The notes below the pieces were generated by a model. The model worked only from the letters and a program-made list of their open reading frames with translations, was not told where the DNA came from and made no database searches. The position numbers and the translations under genes are program-made. A stretch of 64,000 nt of DNA from Auanema rhodensis (lineage: Eukaryota > Animalia > Nematoda). The stretch is taken from assembly GCA_964057225.1 (NCBI GenBank), contig OZ059895.1, positions 11,656,001-11,720,000 on the forward strand, read 5' to 3'. Within the stretch, counting starts at the first letter, position 1; the number at the start of each line of letters is the position of its first letter. Shown here piece after piece: positions 11,401 to 27,100 of this stretch.

Positions 11401-14400
11401 AGGACCATACCACGTTAAAAGTACGGCATGCGGCTGATTTTCAATTTTAACTCTTTTGTAACAGATGTTTTCAATTTTCAAGCAGTTTTACTCAGATAGC
11501 TTAACCCAAGGCAGCAAATTATCTTCAATATTATTTCTATCTCACAGTTATAAACCAATAGTTAATGAACCATCATCTTACCCTTACCGTTTCTATCTAT
11601 TTCATATCGAAACCAACTTTGTTCAAAAACTATACAACTGTGAAACCTTTTTTAATTTCTTGTATTTGGAGCTCATAAGATTTGATATCATTAAGGGATC
11701 CAGATAGAACGTGGAAAATTACATAACTAACACGAAATTGGGAAAAAATTATAACGAGAATAAGTATGTAAATCATTGAATATCAGATATTTTCGCTTAC
11801 GACCATACCACGTTGAAAGTACGCCATGCCGCTTATTTTCAATTTTAACTCTTCTGTAACAAATGTTTTCAATTTTCAAGCAGTTTTACTTAGATAGCTC
11901 AACCCAAGGCAGCAATTTATCTTCAATATTATTTCTATCTTACAGTTATAAACCAATAGTTAATAAACCATCATCTTACCCTTACCGTTTCTATCTATTT
12001 CCTATCGAAACCAACTTTGTTCAAAAACTATACAACTGTGAAACCTTTTTTAATTTCTTGTATTTGGAGCTCATAAGATTTGACATCATTGAGGGATCCA
12101 GATAGAACGTAGAAAATTACATAACTACCATGAAATTGGGAAAAAGTTGTAACGAGGATAAGTATGTGAATCATTGAATATCAGATATTTTCGCTTACGA
12201 CCATACCACGTTGAGAGAATGCCATGCCGCTGATTTTCAATTTTAACTCTTCTGTAACGAATGTTTTTAATTTTCAAGCAGTTTTACTCAGAAAGCTCAA
12301 CCCAAGGCAGCAAATTATCTTCAATATTATTTCTATCTTACAGTTTTAAACCATTAGTTAATGAACCATCATCTTACCTTTACTATTTCTATCTATTTCC
12401 TATCAAAACCAACTTTGTCCAAACACTATACAACTGAGAAGCCTTTTCTAATTTCTTGTATTTGGAGTTCATAAGATTTGATATCATTGAGGGATCCAGA
12501 TAGAACGTGGAAAATTACATAACTAACATGAAATTGGGAAAAAATTATAACGAGGATAAGTATGTGAAACATTGAATATCAGATATTTTCGCTTAGGACC
12601 ATACGACGTTGAAAGTACGCCATGCCGCTGATTTTCAATTTTAACTCTTCTGTAACAAATGTTTTCAATTTCCAAGCAGTTTTACTTAGATAGCTCAACC
12701 CAAGGCAGCAAATTATCTTCAATCTTATCTCTATCTCACAGTTATAAACCAGTAGTGAATGAACCATCATCTTACCTTCACTGTTTCTATCTATTTCCTA
12801 TCGAAACCAACTTTGTTCAAAAACTATACAACTGTGAAACCTTTTTTAATTTCTTGTATTTGGAGCTCATAAGATTTGATATCATTGAGGGATCCAGATA
12901 GAACGTAGAAAATTACATAACTACCATGAAATTGGGAAAAAGTTGTAACGAGGATAAGTATGTGAATCATTGAATATCAGATATTTTCGCTTACGACCAT
13001 ACCACGTTGAGAGAATGCCATGCCGCTGATTTTCAATTTTAACTCTTCTGTAACGAATGTTTTCAATTTTCAAGCAGTTTTACTCAGAAAGCTCAACCCA
13101 AGGCAGCAAATTATCTTCAATATTATTTCTATCTTACAGTTTTAAACCATTAGTTAATGAACCATCATCTTACCTTTACTATTTCTATCTATTTCCTATC
13201 AAAACCAACTTTGTCCAAACACTATACAACTGAGAAGCCTTTTCTAATTTCTTGTATTTGGAGTTCATAAGATTTGATATCATTGAGGGATCCAGATAGA
13301 ACGTGGAAAATTACATAACTAACATGAAATTGGGAAAAAATTATAACGAGGATAAGTATGTGAAACATTGAATATCAGATATTTTCGCTTAGGACCATAC
13401 GACGTTGAAAGTACGCCATGCCGCTGATTTTCAATTTTAACTCTTCTGTAACAAATGTTTTCAATTTCCAAGCAGTTTTTCTTAGATAGCTCAACCCAAG
13501 GCAGCAAATTATCTTCAATCTTATCTCTATCTTACAGTTATAAACCAGTAGTGAATGAACCATCATCTTACCTTCACTGTTTCTATCTATTTCCTATCAA
13601 AAGAAACATTGTTTAAACACTATACAACTGTGAAACCTTTTTTAATTTCTTGTATTTGGAGATCATAAGATTTGATATCATTGAGGGATCCAGATAGAAC
13701 GTGGAAAATTACGTAACTAACATGAAATTGGAAAAAATTATAACGAGGATAAGTATGTAAATCATTGAATATCAGATATTTTCGCTTAGGACCATACCAC
13801 GTTAAAAGTACGGCATGCGGCTGATTTTCAATTTTAACTCTTCTGTAACAAATGTTTTCAATTTTCAAGCAGTTTTACTTAGATAGCTCAACCCAAGGCA
13901 GCAATTTATCTTCAATATTTTTTCTATCTTACAGTTATAAACCAATAGTTAATAAACCATCATCTTACCCTTACCGTTTCTATCTATCTCCTATCGAAAC
14001 CAACTTTGTTCAAAAACTATACAACTGTGAAACCTTTTTTAATTTCTTGTATTTGGAGCTCATAAGATTTGATATCATTGAGGGATCCAGATAGAACGTA
14101 GAAAATTACATAACTACCATGAAATTGGGAAAAAATTGTAACCAGGATAAGTATGTAAATCATTGAATATCAGATATTTTCGCTTACGACCATACCACGT
14201 TGAAAGAATGCCATGCCGCTGATTTTCAATTTTAACTCTTCTGTAACGAATGTTTTCAATTTCCAAGCAGTTTTACTTAGAAAGCTCAACCCAAGGCAGC
14301 AAATTATCTTCAATATTATTTCTATCTTACAGTTTTAAACCATTAGTTAATGAACCATCATCTTACCTTTACTATTTCTATCTATTTCCTATCAAAACCA

Positions 14401-17180
14401 ACTTTGTTCAAACACTATACAACTGAGAAGCCTTTTTTAATTTCTTGTATTTGGAGTTCATAAGATTTGATATCATCGAGGGATCCAGATAGAACGTGGA
14501 AAATTACATAACTAACATGAAATTGGGAAAAAATTATAACGAGGATAAGTATGTGAATCATTGAATATCAGATATTTTCGCTCAGGACCATACCACGTTA
14601 AAAGTACGGCATGCGGCTGATTTTCAATTTTAACTCTTTTGTAACAGATGTTTTCAATTTTCAAGCAGTTTTACTCAGATACCTTAACCCAAGGCAGCAA
14701 GTTATCTTCAATATTATTTCTATCTCACAGTTATAAACCAATAGTTAATGAACCATCATCTTATCCTTACCGTTTCTATCTATTTCCTATCGAAACCAAC
14801 TTTGTTCAAAAACTATACAACTGTGAAACCTTTTTTAATTTTTTTGTATTTGGAGCTCATAAGATTTGATAACATTGAGGGATCCAGATAGAACGTGGAA
14901 AATTACATAACTAACATGAAATTGGGAAAAAATTATAACGAGGATAAGTATGTAAATCATTGAATATCAGATATTTTTGCTTAGGACCATACCACGTTAA
15001 AAGTACGGCATGCGGCTGATTTTCAATTTTAACTCTTCTGTAACAAATGTTTTCAATTTTCAAGCAGTTTTACTTAGATAGCTCAACCCAAGGCAGCAAA
15101 TTATCTTCAATATTATTTCTATCTTACAGTTATAAACCAATAGTTAATGAACCATCATCTTACCTTCACTGTTTCTATCTATTTGCTATCGAAAGCAACT
15201 TTGTTCAAACACTATACAACTGTGAAACCTTTTTTAATTTCTTGTATTTGGAGCTCATAAGATTTGATATCATCGAGGGATCCAGATAGAACGTGGAAAA
15301 TTACATAACTAACATGAAATTGGGAAAAAATTATAACGAGGATAAGTATGTAAATCATTGAATATCAGATATTTTTGCTTAGGACCATACCACGTTAAAA
15401 GTACGGCATGCGGCTGATTTTCAATTTTAACTCTTCTGTAACAAATGTTTTCAATTTTCAAGCAGTTTTACTTAGATAGCTCAACCCAAGGCAGCAAATT
15501 ATCTTCAATATTATTTCTATCTTGCAGTTATAAACCAATAGTTAATGAACCATCATCTTACCTTCACTGTTTCTATCTATTTCCTATCGAAAGCAACTTT
15601 GTTCAAACACTATACAACTGTGAAACCTTTTTTAATTTCTTGTATTTGGAGCTCATAAGATTTGATATCATCGAGGGATCCAGATAGAACGTGGAAAATT
15701 ACATAACTAACATGAAATTGGGAAAAAATTATAACGAGGATAAGTATGTAAATCATTGAATATCAGATATTTTCGCTTAGGACCATACCACGTTAAAAGT
15801 ACGGCATGCGGCTGATTTTCAATTTTAACTCTTTTGTAACAGATGTTTTCAATTTTCAAGCAGTTTTACTCAGATAGCTTAACCCAAGGCAGCAAATTAT
15901 CTTCAATATTATTTCTATCTCACAGTTATAAACCAATAGTTAATGAACCATCATCTTACCCTTACCGTTTCTATCTATTTCATATCGAAACCAACTTTGT
16001 TCAAAAACTATACAACTGTGAAACCTTTTTTAATTTCTTGTATTTGGAGCTCATAAGATTTGATATCATTAAGGGATCCAGATAGAACGTGGAAAATTAC
16101 ATAACTAACACGAAATTGGGAAAAAATTATAACGAGAATAAGTATGTAAATCATTGAATATCAGATATTTTCGCTTACGACCATACCACGTTGAAAGTAC
16201 GCCATGCCGCTTATTTTCAATTTTAACTCTTCTGTAACAAATGTTTTCAATTTTCAAGCAGTTTTACTTAGATAGCTCAACCCAAGGCAGCAATTTATCT
16301 TCAATATTATTTCTATCTTACAGTTATAAACCAATAGTTAATAAACCATCATCTTACCCTTACCGTTTCTATCTATTTCCTATCGAAACCAACTTTGTTC
16401 AAAAACTATACAACTGTGAAACCTTTTTTAATTTCTTGTATTTGGAGCTCATAAGATTTGATATCATTGAGGGATCCAGATAGAACGTAGAAAATTACAT
16501 AACTACCATGAAATTGGGAAAAAGTTGTAACGAGGATAAGTATGTGAATCATTGAATATCAGATATTTTCGCTTACGACCATACCACGTTGAGAGAATGC
16601 CATGCCGCTGATTTTCAATTTTAACTCTTCTGTAACGAATGTTTTTAATTTTCAAGCAGTTTTACTCAGAAAGCTCAACCCAAGGCAGCAAATTATCTTC
16701 AATATTATTTCTATCTTACAGTTTTAAACCATTAGTTAATGAACCATCATCTTACCTTTACTATTTCTATCTATTTCCTATCAAAACCAACTTTGTCCAA
16801 ACACTATACAACTGAGAAGCCTTTTCTAATTTCTTGTATTTGGAGTTCATAAGATTTGATATCATTGAGGGATCCAGATAGAACGTGGAAAATTACATAA
16901 CTAACATGAAATTGGGAAAAAATTATAACGAGGATAAGTATGTGAAACATTGAATATCAGATATTTTCGCTTAGGACCATACGACGTTGAAAGTACGCCA
17001 TGCCGCTGATTTTCAATTTTAACTCTTCTGTAACAAATGTTTTCAATTTCCAAGCAGTTTTACTTAGATAGCTCAACCCAAGGCAGCAAATTATCTTCAA
17101 TCTTATCTCTATCTTACAGTTATAAACCAGTAGTGAATGAACCATCATCTTACCTTCACTGTTTCTATCTATTTCCTATC
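8405..17180 (+). repeat. 4,378-bp (11-monomer) tandem duplication, two copies
   Basis: Offset 4,378 = 11 x 398 (8941/13319, 9474/13852, 10270/14648, 11863/16241, 12579/16957). Private variants are shared, e.g. ctatctcctatc (YLSP), tcttgcagtt (LSCS) and ttttcttaga. Confidence 0.92.
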
Positions 17181-19422
17181 AAAAGAAACATTGTTTAAAC
17201 ACTATACAACTGTGAAACCTTTTTTAATTTCTTGTATTTGGAGATCATAAGATTTGATATCATTGAGGGATCCAGATAGAACGTGGAAAATTACGTAACT
17301 AACATGAAATTGGAAAAAATTATAACGAGGATAAGTATGTAAATCATTGAATATCAGATATTTTCGCTTAGGACCATACCACGTTAAAAGTACGGCATGC
17401 GGCTGATTTTCAATTTTAACTCTTCTGTAACAAATGTTTTCAATTTTCAAGCAGTTTTACTTAGATAGCTCAACCCAAGGCAGCAAATTATCTTCAATAT
17501 TATTTCTATCTTACAGTTATAAACCAATAGTTAATGAACCATCATCTTACCTTCACTGTTTCTATCTATTTCCTATCGAAAGCAACTTTGTTCAAACACT
17601 ATACAACTGTGAAACCTTTTTCAATTTCTTGTATTTGGAGCTCATAAGATTTGATATCATCGAGGGATCCAGATAGAACGTGGAAAATTACATAACTAAC
17701 ATGAAATTGGGAAAAAATTATAACGAGGATAAGTATGTAAATCATTGAATATCAGATATTTTCGCTTAGGACCATACCACGTTAAAAGTACGGCATGCGG
17801 CTGATTTTCAATTTTAACTCTTTTGTAACAGATGTTTTCAATTTTCAAGCAGTTTTACTCAGATAGCTTAACCCAAGGCAGCAAATTATCTTCAATATTA
17901 TTTCTATCTCACAGTTATAAACCAATAGTTAATGAACCATCATCTTACCCTTACCGTTTCTATCTATTTCATATCGAAACCAACTTTGTTCAAAAACTAT
18001 ACAACTGTGAAACCTTTTTTAATTTCTTGTATTTGGAGCTCATAAGATTTGATATCATTAAGGGATCCAGATAGAACGTGGAAAATTACATAACTAACAC
18101 GAAATTGGGAAAAAATTATAACGAGAATAAGTATGTAAATCATTGAATATCAGATATTTTCGCTTACGACCATACCACGTTGAAAGTACGCCATGCCGCT
18201 GATTTTCAATTTTAACTCTTCTGTAACAAATGTTTTCAATTTTCAAGCAGTTTTACTTAGATAGCTCAACCCAAGGCAGCAATTTATCTTCAATATTATT
18301 TCTATCTTACAGTTATAAACCAATAGTTAATAAACCATCATCTTACCCTTACCGTTTCTATCTATTTCCTATCGAAACCAACTTTGTTCAAAAACTATAC
18401 AACTGTGAAACCTTTTTTAATTTCTTGTATTTGGAGCTCATAAGATTTGATATCATTGAGGGATCCAGATAGAACGTAGAAAATTACATAACTACCATGA
18501 AATTGGGAAAAAATTGTAACGAGGATAAGTATGTAAATCATTGAATATCAGATATTTTCGCTTACGATCATACCACGTTGAAAGAATGCCATGCCGCTGA
18601 TTCTCAATTTTAACTCTTCTGTAACGAATGTTTCCAATTTCCAAGCAGTTTTACTTAGAAAGCTCAACCCAAGGCAGCAAATTATCTTCAATATTATTTC
18701 TATCTTACAGTTTTAAACCATTAGTTAATGAACCATCATCTTACCTTTACTATTTCTATCTATTTCCTATCAAAACCAACTTTGTTCAAACACTATACAA
18801 CTGAGAAGCCTTTTTTAATTTCTTGTATTTGGAGTTCATAAGATTTGATATCATTGAGGGATCCAGATAGAACGTGGAAAATTACATAACTAACATGAAA
18901 TTGGGAAAAAATTATAACGAGGATAAGTATGTGAAACATTGAATATCAGATATTTTCGCTTAGGACCATACGACGTTGAAAGTACGCCATGCCGCTGATT
19001 TTCAATTTTAACTCTTCTGTAACAAATGTTTTCAATTTCCAAGCAGTTTTACTTAGATAGCTCAACCCAAGGCAGCAAATTATCTTCAATCTTATTTCTA
19101 TCTTACAGTTATAAACCAGTAGTGAATGAACCATCATCTTACCTTCACTGTTTCTATCTATTTCCTATCAAAAGAAACATTGTTTAAACACTATACAACT
19201 GTGAAACCTTTTTTAATTTCTTGTATTTGGAGATCATAAGATTTGATATCATTCAGGGATCCAGATAGAACATGGAAAATTACGTAACTAACATGAAATT
19301 GGAAAAAACTATAACGAGGATAAGTATGTGAATCATTGAATATCAGATATTTTCGCTTAGGACCATACCACGTTAAAAGTACGGCATGCGGCTGATTTTC
19401 AATTTTAACTCTTTTGTAACAG
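15445..19422 (+). repeat. Two slightly diverged 1,989-bp pentamers (A-B-C-D-F); related pairs at ~34949-38926 and ~47686-51663
   Basis: Offset 1,989 (15843/17832, 16241/18230, 16957/18946, 17202/19191; 48084/50073, 49198/51187). The 397-bp F monomer carries aaaagaaacattgtttaa and ggagatc. Confidence 0.85.
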
Positions 19423-22400
19423 ATGTTTTCAATTTTCAAGCAGTTTTACTCAGATAGCTTAACCCAAGGCAGCAAATTATCTTCAATATTATTTCTATCT
19501 CCCAGTTATAAACCAATAGTTAATGAACCATCATCTTACCCTTACCGTTTCTATCTATTTCATATCGAAACCAACTTTGTTCAAAAACTATACAACTGTG
19601 AAACCTTTTTTAATTTCTTGTATTTGGAGCTCATAAGATTTGATATCATTAAGGGATCCAGATAGAACGTGGAAAATTACATAACTAACACGAAATTGGG
19701 AAAAAATTATAACGAGGATAAGTATGTAAATCATTGAATATCAGATATTTTCGCTTACGACCATACCACGTTGAAAGTACGCCATGCCGCTGATTTTCAA
19801 TTTTAACTCTTCTGTAACGAATGTTTTCAATTTCCAAGCAGTTTTACTTAGAAAGCTCAACCCAAGGCAGCAAATTATCTTCAATATTATTTCTATCTTA
19901 CAGTTTTAAACCATTAGTTAATAAACCATCATCTTACCCTTACCGTTTCTATATATTTCCTATCGAAACCAACTTTGTTGAAAAACTATACAACTGTGAA
20001 ACCTTTCTTAATTTCTTGTATTTGGAGCTCATAAGATTTGATATCATTGAGGGATCCAGATAGAACGTAGAAAATTACATAACTACCATGAAATTGGGAA
20101 AAAATTGTAACGAGGATAAGTATGTAAATCATTGAATATCAGATATTTTCGCTTACGACCATACCACGTTGAAAGAATGCCATGCCGCTGATTTTCAATT
20201 TTAACTCTTCTGTAACGAATGTTTCCAATTTCCAAGCAGTTTTACTTAGAAAGCTCAACCCAAGGCAGCAAATTATCTTCAATATTATTTCTATCTTACA
20301 GTTTTAAACCATTAGTTAATGAACCATCATCTTACCTTTACTGTTTCTATCTATTTCCTATCGAAAGCAACTTCGCTCAAACACTATACAACTGTGAAAC
20401 CTTTTTTAATTTCTTGTATTTGGAGCTCATAAGATTTGATATCATTGAGGGATTTAGATAGAACGTGGAAAATTACATAACTAACATGAAATTGGGAAAA
20501 AATTATAACGAGGATAAGTATGTGAAACATTGAATATCAGATATTTTCGCTCAGGACCATACCACGTTAAAAGTACGGCATGCGGCTGATTTTCAATTTT
20601 AACTCTTCTGTAACAAATGTTTTCAATTTTCAAGCAGTTTTACTTAGATAGCTCAACCCAAGGCAGCAAATTATCTTCAATCTTATTTCTATCTCACAGT
20701 TATAAACCAATAGTTAATAAACCATCATCTTACCCTTACCGTTTCTATCTATTTCCTATCAAAACCAACTTTGTTCAAACACTATACAACTGTGAAACCT
20801 TTTTTAATTTCTTGTATTTGGAGCTCATAAGATTTGATATCATTGAGGGATCCAGATAGAACGTAGAAAATTACATAACTACCATGAAATTGGGAAAAAA
20901 TTGTAACGAGGATAAGTATGTAAATCATTGAATATCAGATATTTTCGCTTACGACCATACCACGTTGAAAGAATGCCATGCCGCTGATTTTCAATTTTAA
21001 CTCTTCTGTAACGAATGTTTCCAATTTCCAAGCAGTTTTACTTAGAAAGCTCAACCCAAGGCAGCAAATTATCTTCAATATTATTTCTATCTTACAGTTA
21101 TAAACCAATAGTTAATGAACCATCATCTTACCCTTACCGTTTCTATCTATTTCCTATCAAAACCAACTTTGTTCAAACACTATACAACTGTGAAACCTTT
21201 TTTAATTTCTTGTATTTGGAGCTCATAAGATTTGATATCATTGAGGGATCCAGATAAAACGTGGAAAATTACATAACTAACATGAAATTGGGAAAAAATT
21301 ATAAGGAGGATAAGTATGTAAATCATTGAATATCAGATATTTTCGCTTAGGACCATACCACGTTAAAAGTACGACATGCGGCTGATTTTCAATTTTAACT
21401 CTTCTGTAACAAATGTTTTCAATTTTCAAGCAGTTTTACTTAGATAGCTCAACCCAAGGCAGCAATTTATCTTCAATATTTTTTCTATCTTACAGTTATA
21501 AACCAATAGTTAATAAACCATCATCTTACCCTTACCGTTTCTATCTATTTCCTATCGAAACCAACTTTGTTCAAAAACTATACAACTGTGAAACCTTTTT
21601 TAATTTCTTGTATTTGGAGCTCATAAGATTTGATATCATTGAGGGATCCAGATAGAACGTAGAAAATTACATAACTACCATGAAATTGGGAAAAAATTGT
21701 AACGAGGATAAGTATGTAAATCATTGAATATCAGATATTTTCGCTTACGACCATACCACGTTGAAAGAATGCCATGCCGCTGATTTTCAATTTTAACTCT
21801 TCTGTAACGAATGTTTTCAATTTCCAAGCAGTTTTACTTAGAAAGCTCAACCCAAGGCAGCAAATTATCTTCAATATTATTTTTATCTTACAGTTTTAAA
21901 CCATTAGTTAATGAACCATCATCTTACCTTTACTATTTCTATCTATTTCCTATCAAAACCAACTTTGTTCAAACACTATACAACTGAGAAGCCTTTTTTA
22001 ATTTCTTGTATTTGGAGTTCATAAGATTTGATATCATCGAGGGATCCAGATAGAACGTGGAAAATTACATAACTAACATGAAATTGGGAAAAAATTATAA
22101 CGAGGATAAGTATGTGAATCATTGAATATCAGATATTTTCGCTCAGGACCATACCACGTTAAAAGTACGGCATGCGGCTGATTTTCAATTTTAACTCTTT
22201 TGTAACAGATGTTTTCAATTTTCAAGCAGTTTTACTCAGATACCTTAACCCAAGGCAGCAAGTTATCTTCAATATTATTTCTATCTCACAGTTATAAACC
22301 AATAGTTAATGAACCATCATCTTATCCTTACCGTTTCTATCTATTTCCTATCGAAACCAACTTTGTTCAAAAACTATACAACTGTGAAACCTTTTTTAAT

Positions 22401-24131
22401 TTTTTTGTATTTGGAGCTCATAAGATTTGATAACATTGAGGGATCCAGATAGAACGTGGGAAATTACATAACTAACATGAAATTGGGAAAAAATTATAAC
22501 GAGGATAAGTATGTAAATCATTGAATATCAGATATTTTTGCTTAGGACCATACCACGTTAAAAGTACGGCATGCGGCTGATTTTCAATTTTAACTCTTCT
22601 GTAACAAATGTTTTCAATTTTCAAGCAGTTTTACTTAGATAGCTCAACCCAAGGCAGCAAATTATCTTCAATATTATTTCTATCTTACAGTTATAAACCA
22701 ATAGTTAATGAACCATCATCTTACCTTCACTGTTTCTATCTATTTGCTATCGAAAGCAACTTTGTTCAAACACTATACAACTGTGAAACCTTTTTTAATT
22801 TCTTGTATTTGGAGCTCATAAGATTTGATATCATCGAGGGATCCAGATAGAACGTGGAAAATTACATAACTAACATGAAATTGGGAAAAAATTATAACGA
22901 GGATAAGTATGTAAATCATTGAATATCAGATATTTTTGCTTAGGACCATACCACGTTAAAAGTACGGCATGCGGCTGATTTTCAATTTTAACTCTTCTGT
23001 AACAAATGTTTTCAATTTTCAAGCAGTTTTACTTAGATAGCTCAACCCAAGGCAGCAAATTATCTTCAATATTATTTCTATCTTACAGTTATAAACCAAT
23101 AGTTAATGAACCATCATCTTACCTTCACTGTTTCTATCTATTTCCTATCGAAAGCAACTTTGTTCAAACACTATACAACTGTGAAACCTTTTTTAATTTC
23201 TTGTATTTGGAGCTCATAAGATTTGATATCATTGAGGGATTTAGATAGAACGTGGAAAATTACATAACTAACATGAAATTGGGAAAAAATTATAACGAGG
23301 ATAAGTATGTGAAACATTGAATATCAGATATTTTCGCTCAGGACCATACCACGTTAAAAGTACGGCATGCGGCTGATTTTCAATTTTAACTCTTCTGTAA
23401 CAAATGTTTTCAATTTTCAAGCAGTTTTACTTAGATAGCTCAACCCAAGGCAGCAAATTATCTTCAATCTTATTTCTATCTCACAGTTATAAACCAATAG
23501 TTAATAAACCATCATCTTACCCTTACCGTTTCTATCTATTTCCTATCAAAACCAACTTTGTTCAAACACTATACAACTGTGAAACCTTTTTTAATTTCTT
23601 GTATTTGGAGCTCATAAGATTTGATATCATTGAGGGATCCAGATAAAACGTGGAAAATTACATAACTAACATGAAATTGGGAAAAAATTATAAGGAGGAT
23701 AAGTATGTAAATCATTGAATATCAGATATTTTCGCTTAGGACCATACCACGTTAAAAGTACGACATGCGGCTGATTTTCAATTTTAACTCTTCTGTAACA
23801 AATGTTTTCAATTTTCAAGCAGTTTTACTTAGATAGCTCAACCCAAGGCAGCAAATTATCTTCAATATTATTTCTATCTTACAGTTATAAACCAATAGTT
23901 AATGAACCATCATCTTACCTTCACTGTTTCTATCTATTTCCTATCGAAAGCAACTTTGTTCAAACACTATACAACTGTGAAACCTTTTTTAATTTCTTGT
24001 ATTTGGAGCTCATAAGATTTGATATCATCGAGGGATCCAGATAGAACGTGGAAAATTACATAACTAACATGAAATTGGGAAAAAATTATAACGAGGATAA
24101 GTATGTAAATCATTGAATATCAGATATTTTC

Positions 24132-27100
24132 GCTTAGGACCATACCACGTTAAAAGTACGGCATGCGGCTGATTTTCAATTTTAACTCTTTTGTAACAGA
24201 TGTTTTCAATTTTCAAGCAGTTTTACTCAGATAGCTTAACCCAAGGCAGCAAATTATCTTCAATATTATTTCTATCTCACAGTTATAAACCAATAGTTAA
24301 TGAACTATCATCTTACCCTTACCGTTTCTATCTATTTCATATCGAAACCAACTTTGTTCAAAAACTATACAACTGTGAAACCTTTTTTAATTTCTTGTAT
24401 TTGGAGCTCATAAGATTTGATATCATTAAGGGATCCAGATAGAACGTGGAAAATTACATAACTAACACGAAATTGGGAAAAAATTATAACGAGGATAAGT
24501 ATGTAAATCATTGAATATCAGATATTTTCGCTTACGACCATACCACGTTAAAAGTACGGCATGCGGCTGATTTTCAATTTTAACTCTTCTGTAACAAATG
24601 TTTTCAATTTTCAAGCAGTTTTACTTAGATAGCTCAACCCAAGGCAGCAATTTATCTTCAATATTTTTTCTATCTTACAGTTATAAACCAATAGTTAATA
24701 AACCATCATCTTACCCTTACCGTTTCTATCTATTTCCTATCGAAACCAACTTTGTTCAAAAACTATACAACTGTGAAACCTTTTTTAATTTCTTGTATTT
24801 GGAGCTCATAAGATTTGATATCATTGAGGGATCCAGATAGAACGTAGAAAATTACATAACTACCATGAAATTGGGAAAAAATTGTAACCAGGATAAGTAT
24901 GTAAATCATTGAATATCAGATATTTTCGCTTACGACCATACCACGTTGAAAGAATGCCATGCCGCTGATTTTCAATTTTAACTCTTCTGTAACGAATGTT
25001 TTCAATTTCCAAGCAGTTTTACTTAGAAAGCTCAACCCAAGGCAGCAAATTATCTTCAATATTATTTCTATCTTACAGTTTTAAACCATTAGTTAATGAA
25101 CCATCATCTTACCTTTACTATTTCTATCTATTTCCTATCAAAACCAACTTTGTTCAAACACTATACAACTGAGAAGCCTTTTTTAATTTCTTGTATTTGG
25201 AGTTCATAAGATTTGATATCATCGAGGGATCCAGATAGAACGTGGAAAATTACATAACTAACATGAAATTGGGAAAAAATTATAACGAGGATAAGTATGT
25301 GAATCATTGAATATCAGATATTTTCGCTCAGGACCATACCACGTTAAAAGTACGGCATGCGGCTGATTTTCAATTTTAACTTTTTTGTAACAGATGTTTT
25401 CAATTTTCAAGCAGTTTTACTCAGATACCTTAACCCAAGGCAGCAAGTTATCTTCAATATTATTTCTATCTCACAGTTATAAACCAATAGTTAATGAACC
25501 ATCATCTTATCCTTACCGTTTCTATCTATTTCCTATCGAAACCAACTTTGTTCAAAAACTATACAACTGTGAAACCTTTTTTAATTTTTTTGTATTTGGA
25601 GCTCATAAGATTTGATAACATTGAGGGATCCAGATAGAACGTGGAAAATTACATAAGTAACATGAAATTGGGAAAAAATTATAACGAGGATAAGTATGTA
25701 AATCATTGAATATCAGATATTTTTGCTTAGGACCATACCACGTTAAAAGTACGGCATGCGGCTGATTTTCAATTTTAACTCTTCTGTAACAAATGTTTTC
25801 AATTTTCAAGCAGTTTTACTTAGATAGCTCAACCCAAGGCAGCAAATTATCTTCAATATTATTTCTATCTTACAGTTATAAACCAATAGTTAATGAACCA
25901 TCATCTTACCTTCACTGTTTCTATCTATTTGCTATCGAAAGCAACTTTGTTCAAACACTATACAACTGTGAAACCTTTTTTAATTTCTTGTATTTGGAGC
26001 TCATAAGATTTGATATCATCGAGGGATCCAGATAGAACGTGGAAAATTACATAACTAACATGAAATTGGGAAAAAATTATAACGAGGATAAGTATGTAAA
26101 TCATTGAATATCAGATATTTTTGCTTAGGACCATACCACGTTAAAAGTACGGCATGCGGCTGATTTTCAATTTTAACTCTTTTGTAACAGATGTTTTCAA
26201 TTTTCAAGCAGTTTTACTCAGATAGCTTAACCCAAGGCAGCAAATTATCTTCAATATTATTTCTATCTCACAGTTATAAACCAATAGTTAATGAACTATC
26301 ATCTTACCCTTACCGTTTCTATCTATTTCATATCGAAACCAACTTTGTTCAAAAACTATACAACTGTGAAACCTTTTTTAATTTCTTGTATTTGGAGCTC
26401 ATAAGATTTGATATCATTAAGGGATCCAGATAGAACGTGGAAAATTACATAACTAACACGAAATTGGGAAAAAATTATAACGAGGATAAGTATGTAAATC
26501 ATTGAATATCAGATATTTTCGCTTACGACCATACCACGTTAAAAGTACGGCATGCGGCTGATTTTCAATTTTAACTCTTCTGTAACAAATGTTTTCAATT
26601 TTCAAGCAGTTTTACTTAGATAGCTCAACCCAAGGCAGCAATTTATCTTCAATATTTTTTCTATCTTACAGTTATAAACCAATAGTTAATAAACCATCAT
26701 CTTACCCTTACCGTTTCTATCTATTTCCTATCGAAACCAACTTTGTTCAAAAACTATACAACTGTGAAACCTTTTTTAATTTCTTGTATTTGGAGCTCAT
26801 AAGATTTGATATCATTGAGGGATCCAGATAGAACGTAGAAAATTACATAACTACCATGAAATTGGGAAAAAATTGTAACCAGGATAAGTATGTAAATCAT
26901 TGAATATCAGATATTTTCGCTTACGACCATACCACGTTGAAAGAATGCCATGCCGCTGATTTTCATTTTTAACTCTTCTGTAACGAATGTTTTCAATTTC
27001 CAAGCAGTTTTACTTAGAAAGCTCAACCCAAGGCAGCAAATTATCTTCAATATTATTTCTATCTTACAGTTTTAAACCATTAGTTAATGAACCATCATCT

